A DNA stretch of 64,000 nt from Octopus vulgaris (lineage: Eukaryota), in assembly GCA_951406725.2 (NCBI GenBank), contig OX597817.1, positions 159,898,001 to 159,962,000 on the forward strand, written 5' to 3'. Below the pieces are notes generated by a model. The model ran no database searches, was not told the origin of the DNA, and was given only the letters and a program-made list of their open reading frames with translations. Below, piece after piece: positions 52,790 to 64,000 of the stretch. Position numbers and translations under genes: made by a program. How positions within the stretch are numbered: position 1 is the stretch's first letter; each line of letters opens with the position of its first letter.

Positions 52790-53560
52790 AACTACTAATC
52801 TATATTGTGGAGTGCATTCTTCACCTGGGAAGGTTTTGGTATTTATAAGTAGTCATCTTTCCAATTTCCTGGTGAGGATGTAATCAATTTGACTAGTGTG
52901 CTCACCAGATCGGTAGGTAAATAGGTGACTGGCAGGTTTCCTGAAGTTAGTATTACAAACCATAAGATCATTTGCTTTGCAGAACTCCAGCAGCCTGGTT
53001 CCTTCTTCATTGCAGGAACCAAAACCATAGCCTCCGTGTATGCCATGGAAGCACCCTGGATGTTGTCCAACATGCCCATTGAAGTCGCCAGCCACAAAGA
53101 GAAGGTCCCTGTCATTCATCGACAAGGAAGTCTGCAAGAGGGTGTTATAAAATCGGTCTTTCTGTTCATCAGGTATCCCTGGCTGAGAAGCATAAGCTGA
53201 GATAATGGTTGCTAACACATGTTGCAGCACTAATCTAAGCTTAAGTATTCTATCACAGACTCTGACTACCTTGGTTACCTTATCAACCCATTTCTCCGCA
53301 AAGAGTATACCCACGCCTCCGATCCCATCAGTGTTCCCTGCCCAGAAAATCTTATACTTAAGTTCTTTGCCTGTGAGGAACTTAGAAGAACTTGTTCTCC
53401 ACCTTACTTCTTGGATACAGCACAAATCTACACATCTCCGTTCAAGCATCTCAACAATCTCACCAGATCTAACTTTCAGTGTGCCAACTCTGAGGGTGTG
53501 GGAGGTGTGGACTTGTGAGACACTGGGATGGGGGACAGCTGTGTCATGTACCTGAAAAGA
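52790..53560 (-). pseudogene. RTE LINE apurinic-like endonuclease domain fragment
   Basis: VDLCCIQEVRW, GGVGIL, ISAYA, VAGDFNGHVG, GGYGFG..NEEG..LLEF, NTNF, QIDYIL, then in-frame stop and QYRLVV; no RT follows. Confidence 0.93.
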
Positions 53561-54273
53561 AAGCTCGCATTTGGCAGAACTCATAAACATACAATAGCCT
53601 TCAACCTGCATACACTATGCCATCATTTTATGCATTACATAATTACTACATTACAGAGAAGATAAACCCTAAGTAAGGATGGGGGGAACATTAAACCTTT
53701 GGAGGTGTTCATGGGAGAGACATCCGACTGAGGTCAGAGGAGAGTGACTTCCAGTACAGGTGGTGGGGGTGGGATGGGTGGGCAAACAGCAAAAACTCAG
53801 GCTGCCGGTGTGAGAAAATATTAATGATAACAATGAGATAGCATTGGGCATTTGAATTCTTAACTGGAGCTATAACCAACAGTTTCGGTTAACCAAACTG
53901 TGATAAAATTAGATAAATGAATAAATAAATGGCAATAATAAATGAGCATGAAAGAGCAGGAGAAAGAGGGAGAGTTGGATTGAGTGAAGGGATCTTAAGT
54001 TTTTTCTCTAAACATACAACAGGGAAGACGAAACTGTGTTTATATAGATAGATAATGAAATAGATAGATAATGAAATGAAATGAAATAATAAAGTAATTA
54101 TAATTTGTGCTGAAAAAGAGGTTTTAGATGTGTGCCAGGTTGGAAAACAAGGTTGCTTATCTGAACATCTTCTGGTTTCTACTCCGTGTGGTGAGGTATT
54201 AAAATATGAGGTCGGAGAATCTGAATGAGCTAGTTTTTATAGGGTGGGAGAGATGAATGAATGAATGAATGAA

Positions 54274-54329
<56 letters not shown>

Positions 54330-54330
54330 C

Positions 54331-54669
54331 TGGGACCCCCTTCAGTCATGACACAGACCTTGGGATTGCACCTAGAAAGTTACCCTCCCAGGCACAAGTC
54401 CGGGCAAGGTTGCTTATGGAAGGCCAGCAGTTGCCCATGCATACCGGCCTCTCCTCTCTACGCTACCAGTGTTATCCAAGAGAAAGGCAACGGCTGATAC
54501 AGCTTGGCACCTGTGACGTCGCAACTCATTTCTACAGCTGAGTGAACTGGAGCAACGCAAAATAAAGTGTCTTGCTCAAGAACACAACACGCTGCCCAGT
54601 CCGGGATTCGAGCTCACAACCTCATGATCCTAAGCTCGACAATCTAACCACTGAGCCATGTGCCTCCAC
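54331..54669 (-). mobile_element. CORE-like tRNA SINE inserted in (AAT)n
   Basis: Reverse complement of 32497-32836. Confidence 0.9.
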
Positions 54670-54704
<35 letters not shown>

Positions 54705-55220
54705 GGAAGTGAAATAGAACCAGTGTGTGTGCTTATTATTGGCATAATGGCTCTCTCCAGAATACAACAAAATTTGTTTTAACATATGAATTCACATCAA
54801 GAATCTTGCAAGCCAAATACAGAAATAAAATAAATAAAAAGGATTTTAGCTGAAATGTAATAATGCAGAATGTCTAAAGAAGGAGAAGCAACCGGGGGAC
54901 TGCAGCTTCAAAAGACTTTAGATGCTGTCCAGGCTTGTGTATTCAGCAAATACTGACACCAGTGTCTGACAGATAAACACATTGGATCACAGAGATGAAT
55001 GAATAATTAAAACTACTGCATTATGGAGATGTAGAGAAATAAGACTGTAGAAGAGCGATGAATAAATTGAGTTGGCTTAGCTCTTGTTGGTTTAAGAAAC
55101 TAGCTAAGATGTAAAGAATGTTTTAGAACTGCAAGTTTAATATAAGACATAAAAAAGATAAAGACTTAGATGAACGTGAAGCATCATAAATACACACACA
55201 TGCAAATATATATTCATATA

Positions 55221-56053
55221 CAAAGTCTGATCAAAAAGTACTGGGACTTGCTATTGTAACAGAGCTAAAGTACTTAGAATGAAGCTGCTTGGAACAGATT
55301 GACCTTGAACTCTGTTACACATGCACACTAAGTTATAATGTTCTTGTTCACTTGTGTTGTTTGTAGCAAAACTTGGAAGTAAAGTGTGTAGAGCGTGGTC
55401 ATCTCACCAAGAGAATAAAGCTGAGAATCTGCATCAAATTTTGCCAAAAGCTTGGTGGTGCCTCTGCAGAGACCTATGCAAAGTTGCAAAAAGTGTATGG
55501 TGGGTAGTGTATGATCTGGACACAAGTGGATGAGTGGTTCAAACATTTCCAAGAAGGCTCACAAAATGTCAACAGCAAGGCGTGGTCTAGGAGACCTGCA
55601 ATCATCATAATTGATGGAAATATCACAGATGTGCAACCAGCTGCTCATAAAGATGGTCAGATCACCATGCATGAGTTGTCAGAGGATGTGAACATTAGTT
55701 ATAGTTCTTGTACCAAAACTGCTTTTAGTTGCAGCAGTTTTTGGCCCCACATTCCCCAGATTTGACAACCACCATATTCCCCAGATTTTGCCCCTTACGA
55801 CTTTTTCCGCTTTCCAAAAATGAAATTGTGTTTGAAAGGAACAAAATTTCAAGACATGAGAATGCAATGAGGCAGCTGCTTACTATCCCCAAAAGGAGTT
55901 CCAGGAATTCTTCCATCAATGAAAACGATGCTGAATAAGGTGTGTGACTTCAGAAGGAGACGACTTCAAAGATCATTAAATGCCAAGTTGATATGTGTTG
56001 TAGTTTTTTTCTTCTTTATAACATCAGTCCTGATGCTTTTTGATTAGATCTCG
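55221..56053 (+). mobile_element. Internally deleted mariner transposon
   Basis: TA-flanked ~28-bp imperfect TIRs; ICIKFCQKLG...EWFKHFQEG (HTH) and PPYSPDFAPYDF motif. Confidence 0.92.
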
Positions 56054-56532
56054 TATACATGCATGGCTATATATATATGCATATACTAAAAGAGATATTA
56101 AAATCTGATAAACCTTAGAAGAGATATAAAGATGTGATAAAGGCAAACCTCAGTCTTTTTAAATAGGAAATCAAGATTGTGTTGGACTGATCAAATGGCT
56201 TGGTTCATTCAAAGAAGTTTGTGAAACATTTAGATAGAACAGAATTCAACATGCAAAAATAAGATAAGCTATTTGAAAGCAGGAAAGCCTGCTTAGTGAT
56301 TCTGAGGGAAGATTCATGTGTGTTCTCTGTAACTGACATTTTTTTAATCAAAAGCTGAATTAGTTAGTCATGGATAATCACATTGCAAAAGACGAAATCT
56401 TTATAGGAACATATTCCCTTCACAACCAAAACAAAATATGTGTTCAGTATGTAACAAGGTTCATAGGTCTACTGGGGGCATGAAGATGCAGATAAAAATA
56501 CATAAAAATGTGCCTGCAGAACTAATCAAAAA

Positions 56533-56850
56533 ATTATTTACATTATTCACATTATTTACATTTGACGGATATACGCCCACGGGTATATGGCGTAGTGGTT
56601 AAGAGTGCGGGCTACTAACCCCAAGATTCCGAATTCGATTCTAAGCAGTGACCTGAACAATAACAACAATAATAATAATAACATCGAAAAATACCTTAGG
56701 AATGAGAACCCAGGTTCGAAATTTCCCCAAGACACCTGAAGAAGGTTGGAGGGTACATCAGCCGAAACATGTTAACAACAAACAAGATGAGGACAAATAT
56801 CTGTCGAATGTAAATAATGTACATAATTCCTCATCTCTTAAATATAGAAC
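56533..56850 (+). mobile_element. tRNA-headed, hammerhead-like, inverted-repeat-bounded element
   Basis: IR 56549-56572 / 56797-56820 (22/24); A box tggcgtagtgg 56588-56598; CTGAAGA-a-ggttg...cagcc-GAAA 56736-56767. Confidence 0.75.
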
Positions 56851-57407
56851 TGGTCAAAAATCATCTCAGAGTTGTCATATTTTGCAAAGAAGTATTCAAA
56901 TCAGAAGTTAAAATTATGAGCCATTTGCATAAGCACATGCAGAGTTTGGAAGCATGAATAATTAAAAGGTGATGGCCATCTTCTGTCAAGAACCCACAGT
57001 CACCATATCTAGTAGTTGATAATGTTTGTTACCTAATCTCTCCCATCTTGGTAAAACTGAATTCTGGTAGAGCTGTGTGTGTATATTTCTGCCTCTATTT
57101 CTCTGTAACGCTCTAACTTTTCATGATCTGATACTGGATCACCTCCTCCAATGCCCCTGCCTCTCTCATAATTCCTTGTCTTGTAAGTTACTTGGTGACC
57201 CTGCCAGTGCTGGTGCTACATAAAAAGCATCCTGTCCACATTGTAAAGTGGTTGGCATTTGGAAGGGCATCCAGCTGTAAAAATCATGCCAAAACTAAAC
57301 TTGCCTGTGCTGGTGCCACATAAAAAGTCCACTCTACTGAGTGGTTTGATATTAGGAAGGGCATCCAGTTGTAAAAGCTCTGCCAAAACAGACACAGTAG
57401 CCTAGGG

Positions 57408-57805
57408 TAGTTAGTTAGTTAGTTAGTTAGTTAATTTGGCTCAAAAGCAAATAGCAAGGCCATGTAGGGGGACATGGAGTTAAGTACAGGGTGGTGTTCA
57501 TGTAAAGAGTTCAGGCCACTTGAGGTCAAGGGAGGCTTTGAACAAAGCGGTCGTCGGCATCTTCACCATCTCGTCTGGCAGCTTGTTCCACGGATCCGCA
57601 ACACGGACGGAGAAGGCTCCTCTCCTTTGATTGAGATGAAATCGTCGCAGGTAGAGCTTTTCGGAATGACCCCGTAGCCGATGCTCTGGAGCAGGAGTGA
57701 AGAACAGCTCTTTCGAGAGGTTACACTTTCCACTTATGATGTTGTGGGCGAGAATGAGATCACCACGGCGGCAGCATTTTTCTAGAGAATAAAGGTCGAG
57801 CGTTT
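57408..57805 (-). mobile_element. Young 5'-truncated CR1 LINE nested in an RTE 3' UTR
   Basis: Open frame 57803-57498: LYSLEKCCRRGDLI...LRGHSEKL...FSVRVADPWNKLP...FKASLD; (TAAC)n tail. Confidence 0.93.
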
Positions 57806-57886
57806 TCTACCTGGACAGCTCTTGTCAATTGTCCTACCCATGCATGTATGGAAGACAGATGTTAAATGATGATGATGATATATATA

Positions 57887-58758
57887 TGAGGGGGTACCTA
57901 AAAGTTACCAAAAACATTCTCTGTGGGACAAGCCCGCCACTAAAAGCCACTTGGTGCAACCTTTAGGCATTAATCTGCTGACTGGCAGTGGCGCTTGTGG
58001 TTGTCCTGCCATGTGGTGCACTTTTGTTTTGAAGTGCTTCTCCCCTGTATGTTGATTTTTGCTATGGTTGAAATTAATAACGTGCTGCTGTGAAAATCTG
58101 TTTTCTGCTGGGGGAAACGGTGGTTGAAACAGTTGTCATGCTTCAAACAGCTGACAAGACCACTACCATGAGCAAAACACGAGTTTACAAGTGGTTTTCA
58201 TGCTTTAGGAATGAGCACTTGTCGCTTGAAGACCAACCTTGTTCAAGGTGATTGTCAACCTCCTGAAAACATCATGGAAATTCATGAACTGATCTTGGAG
58301 GACTGTCACCAAACAATTGACAAACTTGTTGGTATGACTGGTTTGTCCTGGAGCTCCTGCCAACGAATTTTGAGCAAAGAATTGTGAATAGAAAGAGTTG
58401 CAGCAAAATTTGTGCCTCACTTGCTCATGGAAGATCAAAAGCAGTCACGACTGAATGCTTATCATGAACTGAAAGAACAGGTGGAAGTTGATCTGTACCT
58501 TTCAAAGGTTATCAGTGGTGACAAAAGCTGGTGCTACGGAATTTGCAGATGTGGAAGAGATGAAGAAAAAAAAGACAGAAGTGTTAAAAGGCATCACTTC
58601 GCAAGAATTCCAGCACTGCGTCCAACAGTAGAAAAAGCATCTGGATCTATGCATTATTTCAAATGGAGAATACTTTGAAGGCGATAAAAGTGTAAATATG
58701 TAAAACTAAGTGAATAAAAAACATGGCAAAATTCCGGTTTCTTTTGGGTACCCCCTCG
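57887..58758 (+). mobile_element. Internally deleted mariner transposon (second family)
   Basis: TA-flanked TIR gagggggtacc.aaaag; VYKWFSCFR, AAKFVPHLL, VISGDKSWCYG motifs. Confidence 0.93.
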
Positions 58759-58884
58759 TATATGTATAATTTCTTCTCTCCTCAAGACGCCCCCACCATC
58801 ATCACCTCCCTAACTGCAGCTCTTCCTTGATAATCATTTACTTTTTTTACCACCCTGAACTATTTCACTTGTTACCTACTCTTT

Positions 58885-59065
58885 TCTGCTCTAGGCACAG
58901 GGCCCGAAATTTTGGGGGGAGGGTGCCAGTCGATTAGATCGACCCCAGTGTGTAACTGGTACTTAATTTATCGACCCCGAAAGGATGAAAGGCAAAGTCG
59001 ACTTTGGCGGAATTTGAACTCAGAACGTAACTGCAGACGAAATACTGCTAAGCGTTTTGCCCAGT
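58885..59065 (-). mobile_element. SINE family C variant
   Basis: cgaccccgaaaggatgaaaggcaaagtcgac core with a different tail. Confidence 0.85.
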
Positions 59066-59706
59066 GTCACTTGTTATCTTCTATTAATACTGTTCTCTCC
59101 ACCCACACTTTTATTGATAACACCAACTCACTGAGCCACTAAAATCATCTCCTCTCCCATCACCATACATTCTCTCTTCATGCACTATGCCTGCCTCTCT
59201 CTCCCCTACTCATTATGGCAAGCTACCCAATATCACCTCTCTTTTGTCATTCTCCTGTCTACTGTTTCATCATTACCATCCTACTGTTCTGCATTGTCAG
59301 CCATCTCCTACTCTCCACCTCACTCTTGGTCACTCTGTCTTCCTCATTTCTACCCACCTCATACCTTGACATCTCCTACCACTATATTTTATTGATTTCT
59401 AGCCCTACTCATTCACTCGCACCCTCTCTTCTAAAATGGGAGCAGTCACATAGCCCCTCTACAAGAAATCTGTTTTGCTCCGGCCCCTTCTTTTGTAGCT
59501 TTATTCTTGCTTTACCTCTCATCTGCTTGCATAAAGTTTCCTCTTTGGAGACCATAGTCTTATACACTGCATGGTGGTTTCACTAGTGCTGGTGGCATGG
59601 AAAAATGCACCCATTACATGCTGTAAAGTGGCTGACATTGGAAAGAGCATCTACTCCTACTATCCAATCAATGCCAGCATTGAACATGGTCGTTAAATGA
59701 TGATGA

Positions 59707-59740
<34 letters not shown>

Positions 59741-59744
<4 letters not shown>

Positions 59745-60201
59745 GTCCTCTGAACCACCCCTCCCACTGGTGCTCCCCTATATTTTCTGCACCCCCCCAC
59801 CACCATTATAGGTGTCTACTCTTTGAACCCCCTCTTCAATACGCTATTTCACCATGCATTACCCCTCTCTCGATATCCTACGTTCTACTTGCCTAGTACC
59901 TGTCCTCTGAACCACCCCTCCCACTGGTGCTCCCCTATATTTCTGCACCCCCCCCCATAAAAAGCACCATCCGAACGTGGCCGATGCCAGACCTCTCTGG
60001 CACCTGTGCAGGTGGCACGTAAAAAACACCCACTACACTCGCGGAGTGGTTGGCGTTAGGAAGGGCATCCAGCTGTAGAAACACTGCCAGACTAGACTGG
60101 AGCCTGGGGCAGTCCCGAGCTCCCCAGACCCCGGTCGAAACCGTCCAACCCGTGCTAGCGTGGAAAACGGACGTTAAACGATGATGATGATGATGATGAT
60201 G
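59741..60201 (+). mobile_element. RTE-tailed element with duplicated C-rich 5' block
   Basis: acctgtcctctgaaccacccctcccactggtgctcccctatattt at 59741 and 59898, then RTE 3' UTR and (GAT)n. Confidence 0.8.
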
Positions 60202-60525
60202 ATATTACAGGCAAGAGAGTAAATTTCAAATACAGTATACCTGTGAAAACAACAGAAAGTTTGGGTATTTTACCCTCAAAAGATGGAAAAATGTTGCCTA
60301 CAGATGGCTATGGAACTTGAACCTGCACCCCTCAGATACTGGCTGAATACTCTGCCTTTAGGCTCAATGGCCCACTGACAACAATTACTGTCAATTTTAA
60401 TGCTAAATAATAGCTTTTTGGAATGCGGCAACATTTTATAAACAAACTATGGAAGTGTCAAAATGTGATCGGTATTTTGCAAACAAGAATGTGCAGTCAT
60501 ATGCTTGATTTTGTGTGTGTGTGTG

Positions 60526-60570
<45 letters not shown>

Positions 60571-61109
60571 CTATCTGAGTATATTTATGTGTGTGGGTAT
60601 AAGTATGTATGTATGTATGTATGTATTGATGGATGGATGGATGGATGGATGGATGGATGGATATAGATATGAGATATGCATGGATGCATAGATAGATTTA
60701 TAGATTAATATATAAATTGTAGGGATGAAAGCTGCTGCAATGGAAGATAGAGATCAACAAAGTAGATATACCAGATACATTCTTCACAATGAACCTATCA
60801 TTCAAGTTAATGTGGAGGCTTTAAAGAAACACAAATTAGAAAGAGTGAGGGAGGATAAGTAGAGGTAAAGAGAGAGAGAGAGAGAGAGAGAGAGAGTGCA
60901 AGAGACAAAGAGAAAGAGAAAGACTGAGAGAGATTGAGAGAGAGAGAGAGAGATTGAGAGAGAGAGAGAGAGAGACTAAGCTATTTTACTTTACTTGTAA
61001 TACTAAAGCCGTGGACTAAGATTAATGGGAAGATTTGCATCAAAGCTGTATGAAAGACAGAGAGCTTGCAAATCATATTCAGTGTTGGCTGCAGCATCAG
61101 TCGTTTTAT

Positions 61110-61630
61110 GATCAACATCATCACCACCACCATCACCACCACCACCACCACCACCACTACTACCACTATCTTGATTAGCATGATTATCACCATCATAACG
61201 ATCCTCATCAGGATCATGAGTACCACCACCATTATTGTCATTTTCATCATTATCATCTTCGTCGTCGTCGTCATAATCATCATCATTATCATCACTATAA
61301 TTATCCTGATGAACCTCATCCTTACCACTGTTATCTTTGCCATTGTCAAAGTCATTTACATCATCACCGCCATCATCGTCGTCATTGTCATCATCATCAT
61401 CATCATCATCATTCTTGCTGTCATAATTTTATTATCATCATTATTATCATTATTATTGTCAACCTCATCATCACTATTGCCATCATTATCAATCACCATC
61501 ACCATCGTCATCATCATCGTCATCATCATCGCCATCATCATTGCTGTCGTCGTTGTCATCATTATCATCATCATCATTATCATTGCTGTAGTCATCATTA
61601 TCATTGCTGTCATCATCATCATCATCATCA
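61110..61630. repeat. Degenerate (CAT/CAC/CGT)n trinucleotide tract
   Basis: Directly visible. Confidence 0.93.
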
Positions 61631-62170
61631 TTCATTCATTCATTCATTCAGTCATTCGTTCATTCATTCCTTCTGTCATTTCTTCATCTTCAGTTATTGA
61701 AGAATTAGATGTAATGTGCAAGAGATCAGATTACACTGGTACAGGCAGTCATATGATGCAAATGGATAATCACAGCTCATAAGCAAGTGCCGAGTCCTCA
61801 GAGTAAATGGTACCTGTAGAAGAGGGAGCCCAAGGAAGACTTAGGACAAGGCAGTGGAAAAAAATTATGTAAAGGTACTTCACCTGATAAAGAAGATAAC
61901 TGAGTACTGTGGTGACTGATAAGCAATACTGCAGAAGATCCAACTCTCACACTCTCTTCCTTTCTTTGTCTGTCTGTCTCTCTCTCTGTCTCTGTCTCTC
62001 TCTCTCTCTCTCTCTATGTGTATGAATATATTTCTCTTTATGCATACAAAGAAAGGGAAAGTATTTATGTCATTTATTTTCAATTAATAAATTTTAATCT
62101 CTCTTTCTCTCTCTCACTCTTTCTGCCTATATATGAATGTTTCTGTGCATACGTGTGTGTTCCCCTTCAG

Positions 62171-62281
62171 CAGCAGAAGATACTGTCACCAAAACAGTTC
62201 CTATGTCCAATCAACCATGCCAAATCACCAGTGTCCAAACAGCCATGCACAGACATCCCATTCCAGCATGTCCAAGTAAAT
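62171..62281 (+). other. Candidate 111-nt exon
   Basis: ttccccttcag acceptor and gtaagt donor; two frames open; no recognisable protein. Confidence 0.3.
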
Positions 62282-62811
62282 GTAAGTTCAGCTCACATTT
62301 CATTAAACTAATTGTTAGCAATAGAGGGTGTGATATTCTGATATGCACTATGTGTTTTGTAAAGATAGGGAGCTATCTCCCTAGCCAGACATAGTTCATA
62401 GCACATGGCAAGAACTGGGAGGATATAAACAATGGTCTCTTGGAATGTGTAAGGGATGAGTCTTTGCTGTAAGGTTCCATATGATACGGCTGAACTCAGA
62501 CATTGACATGCAATGTCCATTGTGCTGTACCTTCATCTACGGACAATATTAGCTGGATAGCAGTCTAGTAAGTCATTCCTTTTTGAAGTGAATCTGCTCC
62601 TACCAACTAAGAAGACAGTCCAAAGGGAATGTGTTCTGCCATTTCATTGGTGGAAATTTCATCACACATTTACTTACAAAATGTTGAACTATATTTACTT
62701 GGGGCCAATGGCAACTCTCTACATAATTATTTGCTCACCTTGCTAAGAATAGAAACCAAATTTCCCTCTACTTAAGATCTACAATCTCAGGGAAAAGGAC
62801 ATACTAGTTAA

Positions 62812-63197
62812 TCTCTGTATATATAAAGCTGAAGTTGTCTGTGTATGGCAGGTTTGGTAGCCTTCAACTACCACTATTTCCTCCAAGACCCTACAGTGCA
62901 AGTTGACCCAATTTGAAAGTATGATAGAAGAAGGCTTGCTCTTCCTTCCATATTCAAATCGGACAATGTTAAGACCAAAAATTATTTACATCAAAAAGGT
63001 GCTTTTTTTCTATGAAAATCCCTATTTTTTTACGATTTTTTTACTGTTGTGTCGCCATTTTTCAGTGTATTTCAACCAGAAAAATGTTCACTTAAAGAGA
63101 AGAATAACAAGCTACATAATGCAAAATTTTTACTTTTCAAAAATTCCAATTCTAAAGGATTGAAACAAACCCGAGCAATGCCAGGCGATACTGCTAG
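62812..63197 (+). mobile_element. Non-autonomous Helitron
   Basis: A|TC start, subterminal hairpin remnant cccgagcaatgccagg, CTAG|T end, no TSD; splits an older SINE. Confidence 0.85.
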
Positions 63198-63604
63198 TAT
63201 AGTGATACACACAATGTCTAGGCATAAAGATAGGATAGTCATGAAAGGAATACTTTGGGTCACTATAGTCTGCAGGATCAATGCTGACCTTGGGTTAAAC
63301 ATCAACAGAAGCTTTTGTTAATTTGATATTTCATATGTGACTATGTATGTCTGTGTGAGTGTATGTGTGTGTGTGTGTGTGCATGTGTGTGTGAGAATCC
63401 TTGTGTATGTGTGTGACCCAGTAACATCATATTGAGTGTCAATAACCAAAGTCCAGTCTAATAGAAAAACAAGTGGATGCCTATAAATAAACTTTAAATT
63501 TAATGTCATGCATACATGTACAAATCCCCCCCACCACACACACACACACATTCATCTATATGTACACATCTATCTATCTGTCGCTCTGCCTATCTCTCTA
63601 TATA

Positions 63605-63747
63605 TTGGGTGTGTGCCTAAGAAGCTAAGCTTTGCAACTATGTAGCTTTGAGTTCAGCCTTACTGCATGGTGCTTTGGGCAAGTGACTTTTTCTATAGCC
63701 CCAGGTCAATTAATGCTTTGTGAGTGAATCTTGTAGATGGGAACTAC

Positions 63748-63801
<54 letters not shown>

Positions 63802-64000
63802 ACATGCATGTGTGTGGTGTGTCTTTGTGTTTATCCCCCACCCACTGCTTGACAACTGGTGTTGGTTTGTTTACGTCCTTGTAACTTAGCAGTTTAGCAA
63901 ATAAAATCAATAGAATCAGTGTCAGCACCAGGCTTAAAAAATAAACTAGTGGGGCTGATTTGTTCGACTAAAACCCTTCAAGTGATAAAATCAAATAAAA
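63605..64000 (+). mobile_element. SINE family A, diverged
   Basis: Head, internal (TG)n and family A tail. Confidence 0.82.

Noticed and set aside
52853-53611. Host gene of the CFDP2-like type
   Set aside because: It is an RTE endonuclease domain with homology continuing past an in-frame stop; treated as a TE fragment.
60305-60375. Minus-strand tRNA-like head
   Set aside because: B-box-like ggttcaagttcc only; no second copy or boundaries in the window.
61066-61782. 238-aa Ile-rich membrane-like ORF
   Set aside because: Degenerate (CAT)n repeat.

Overview
AT-rich animal DNA, almost certainly coleoid cephalopod (Octopus-type SINE, RTE and microsatellite content; inferred, no database search run). 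No intact host gene is visible and nearly all ORF-track calls are translated microsatellites. The window is a dense, nested mosaic of: several modular tRNA-derived SINE families (my labels A, B, C and CORE-like); truncated LINEs of the RTE, CR1-group and R4/Dong clades; Penelope-type remnants carrying minimal hammerhead ribozyme motifs and snap-back palindromes; two internally deleted mariners; a hAT transposase relic; hAT, pogo/Tc2 and TTAA MITEs; Helitron and Helentron non-autonomous elements; a probable solo LTR; and a 1.3-kb compound (AGT/AGC) repeat. Best leads: (i) a fold-back element combining a tRNA-like Pol III head with a hammerhead (22.0-22.45 kb, 56.5-56.85 kb); (ii) a ~1.7-kb non-autonomous RTE derivative with a 5' array of ~274-bp monomers (25.9-27.6 kb, relative at 59.7-60.2 kb); (iii) a LINE-SINE shared 3' stem-loop showing compensatory base changes. 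Boundaries were read by eye and are approximate unless a TSD or TIR is quoted.
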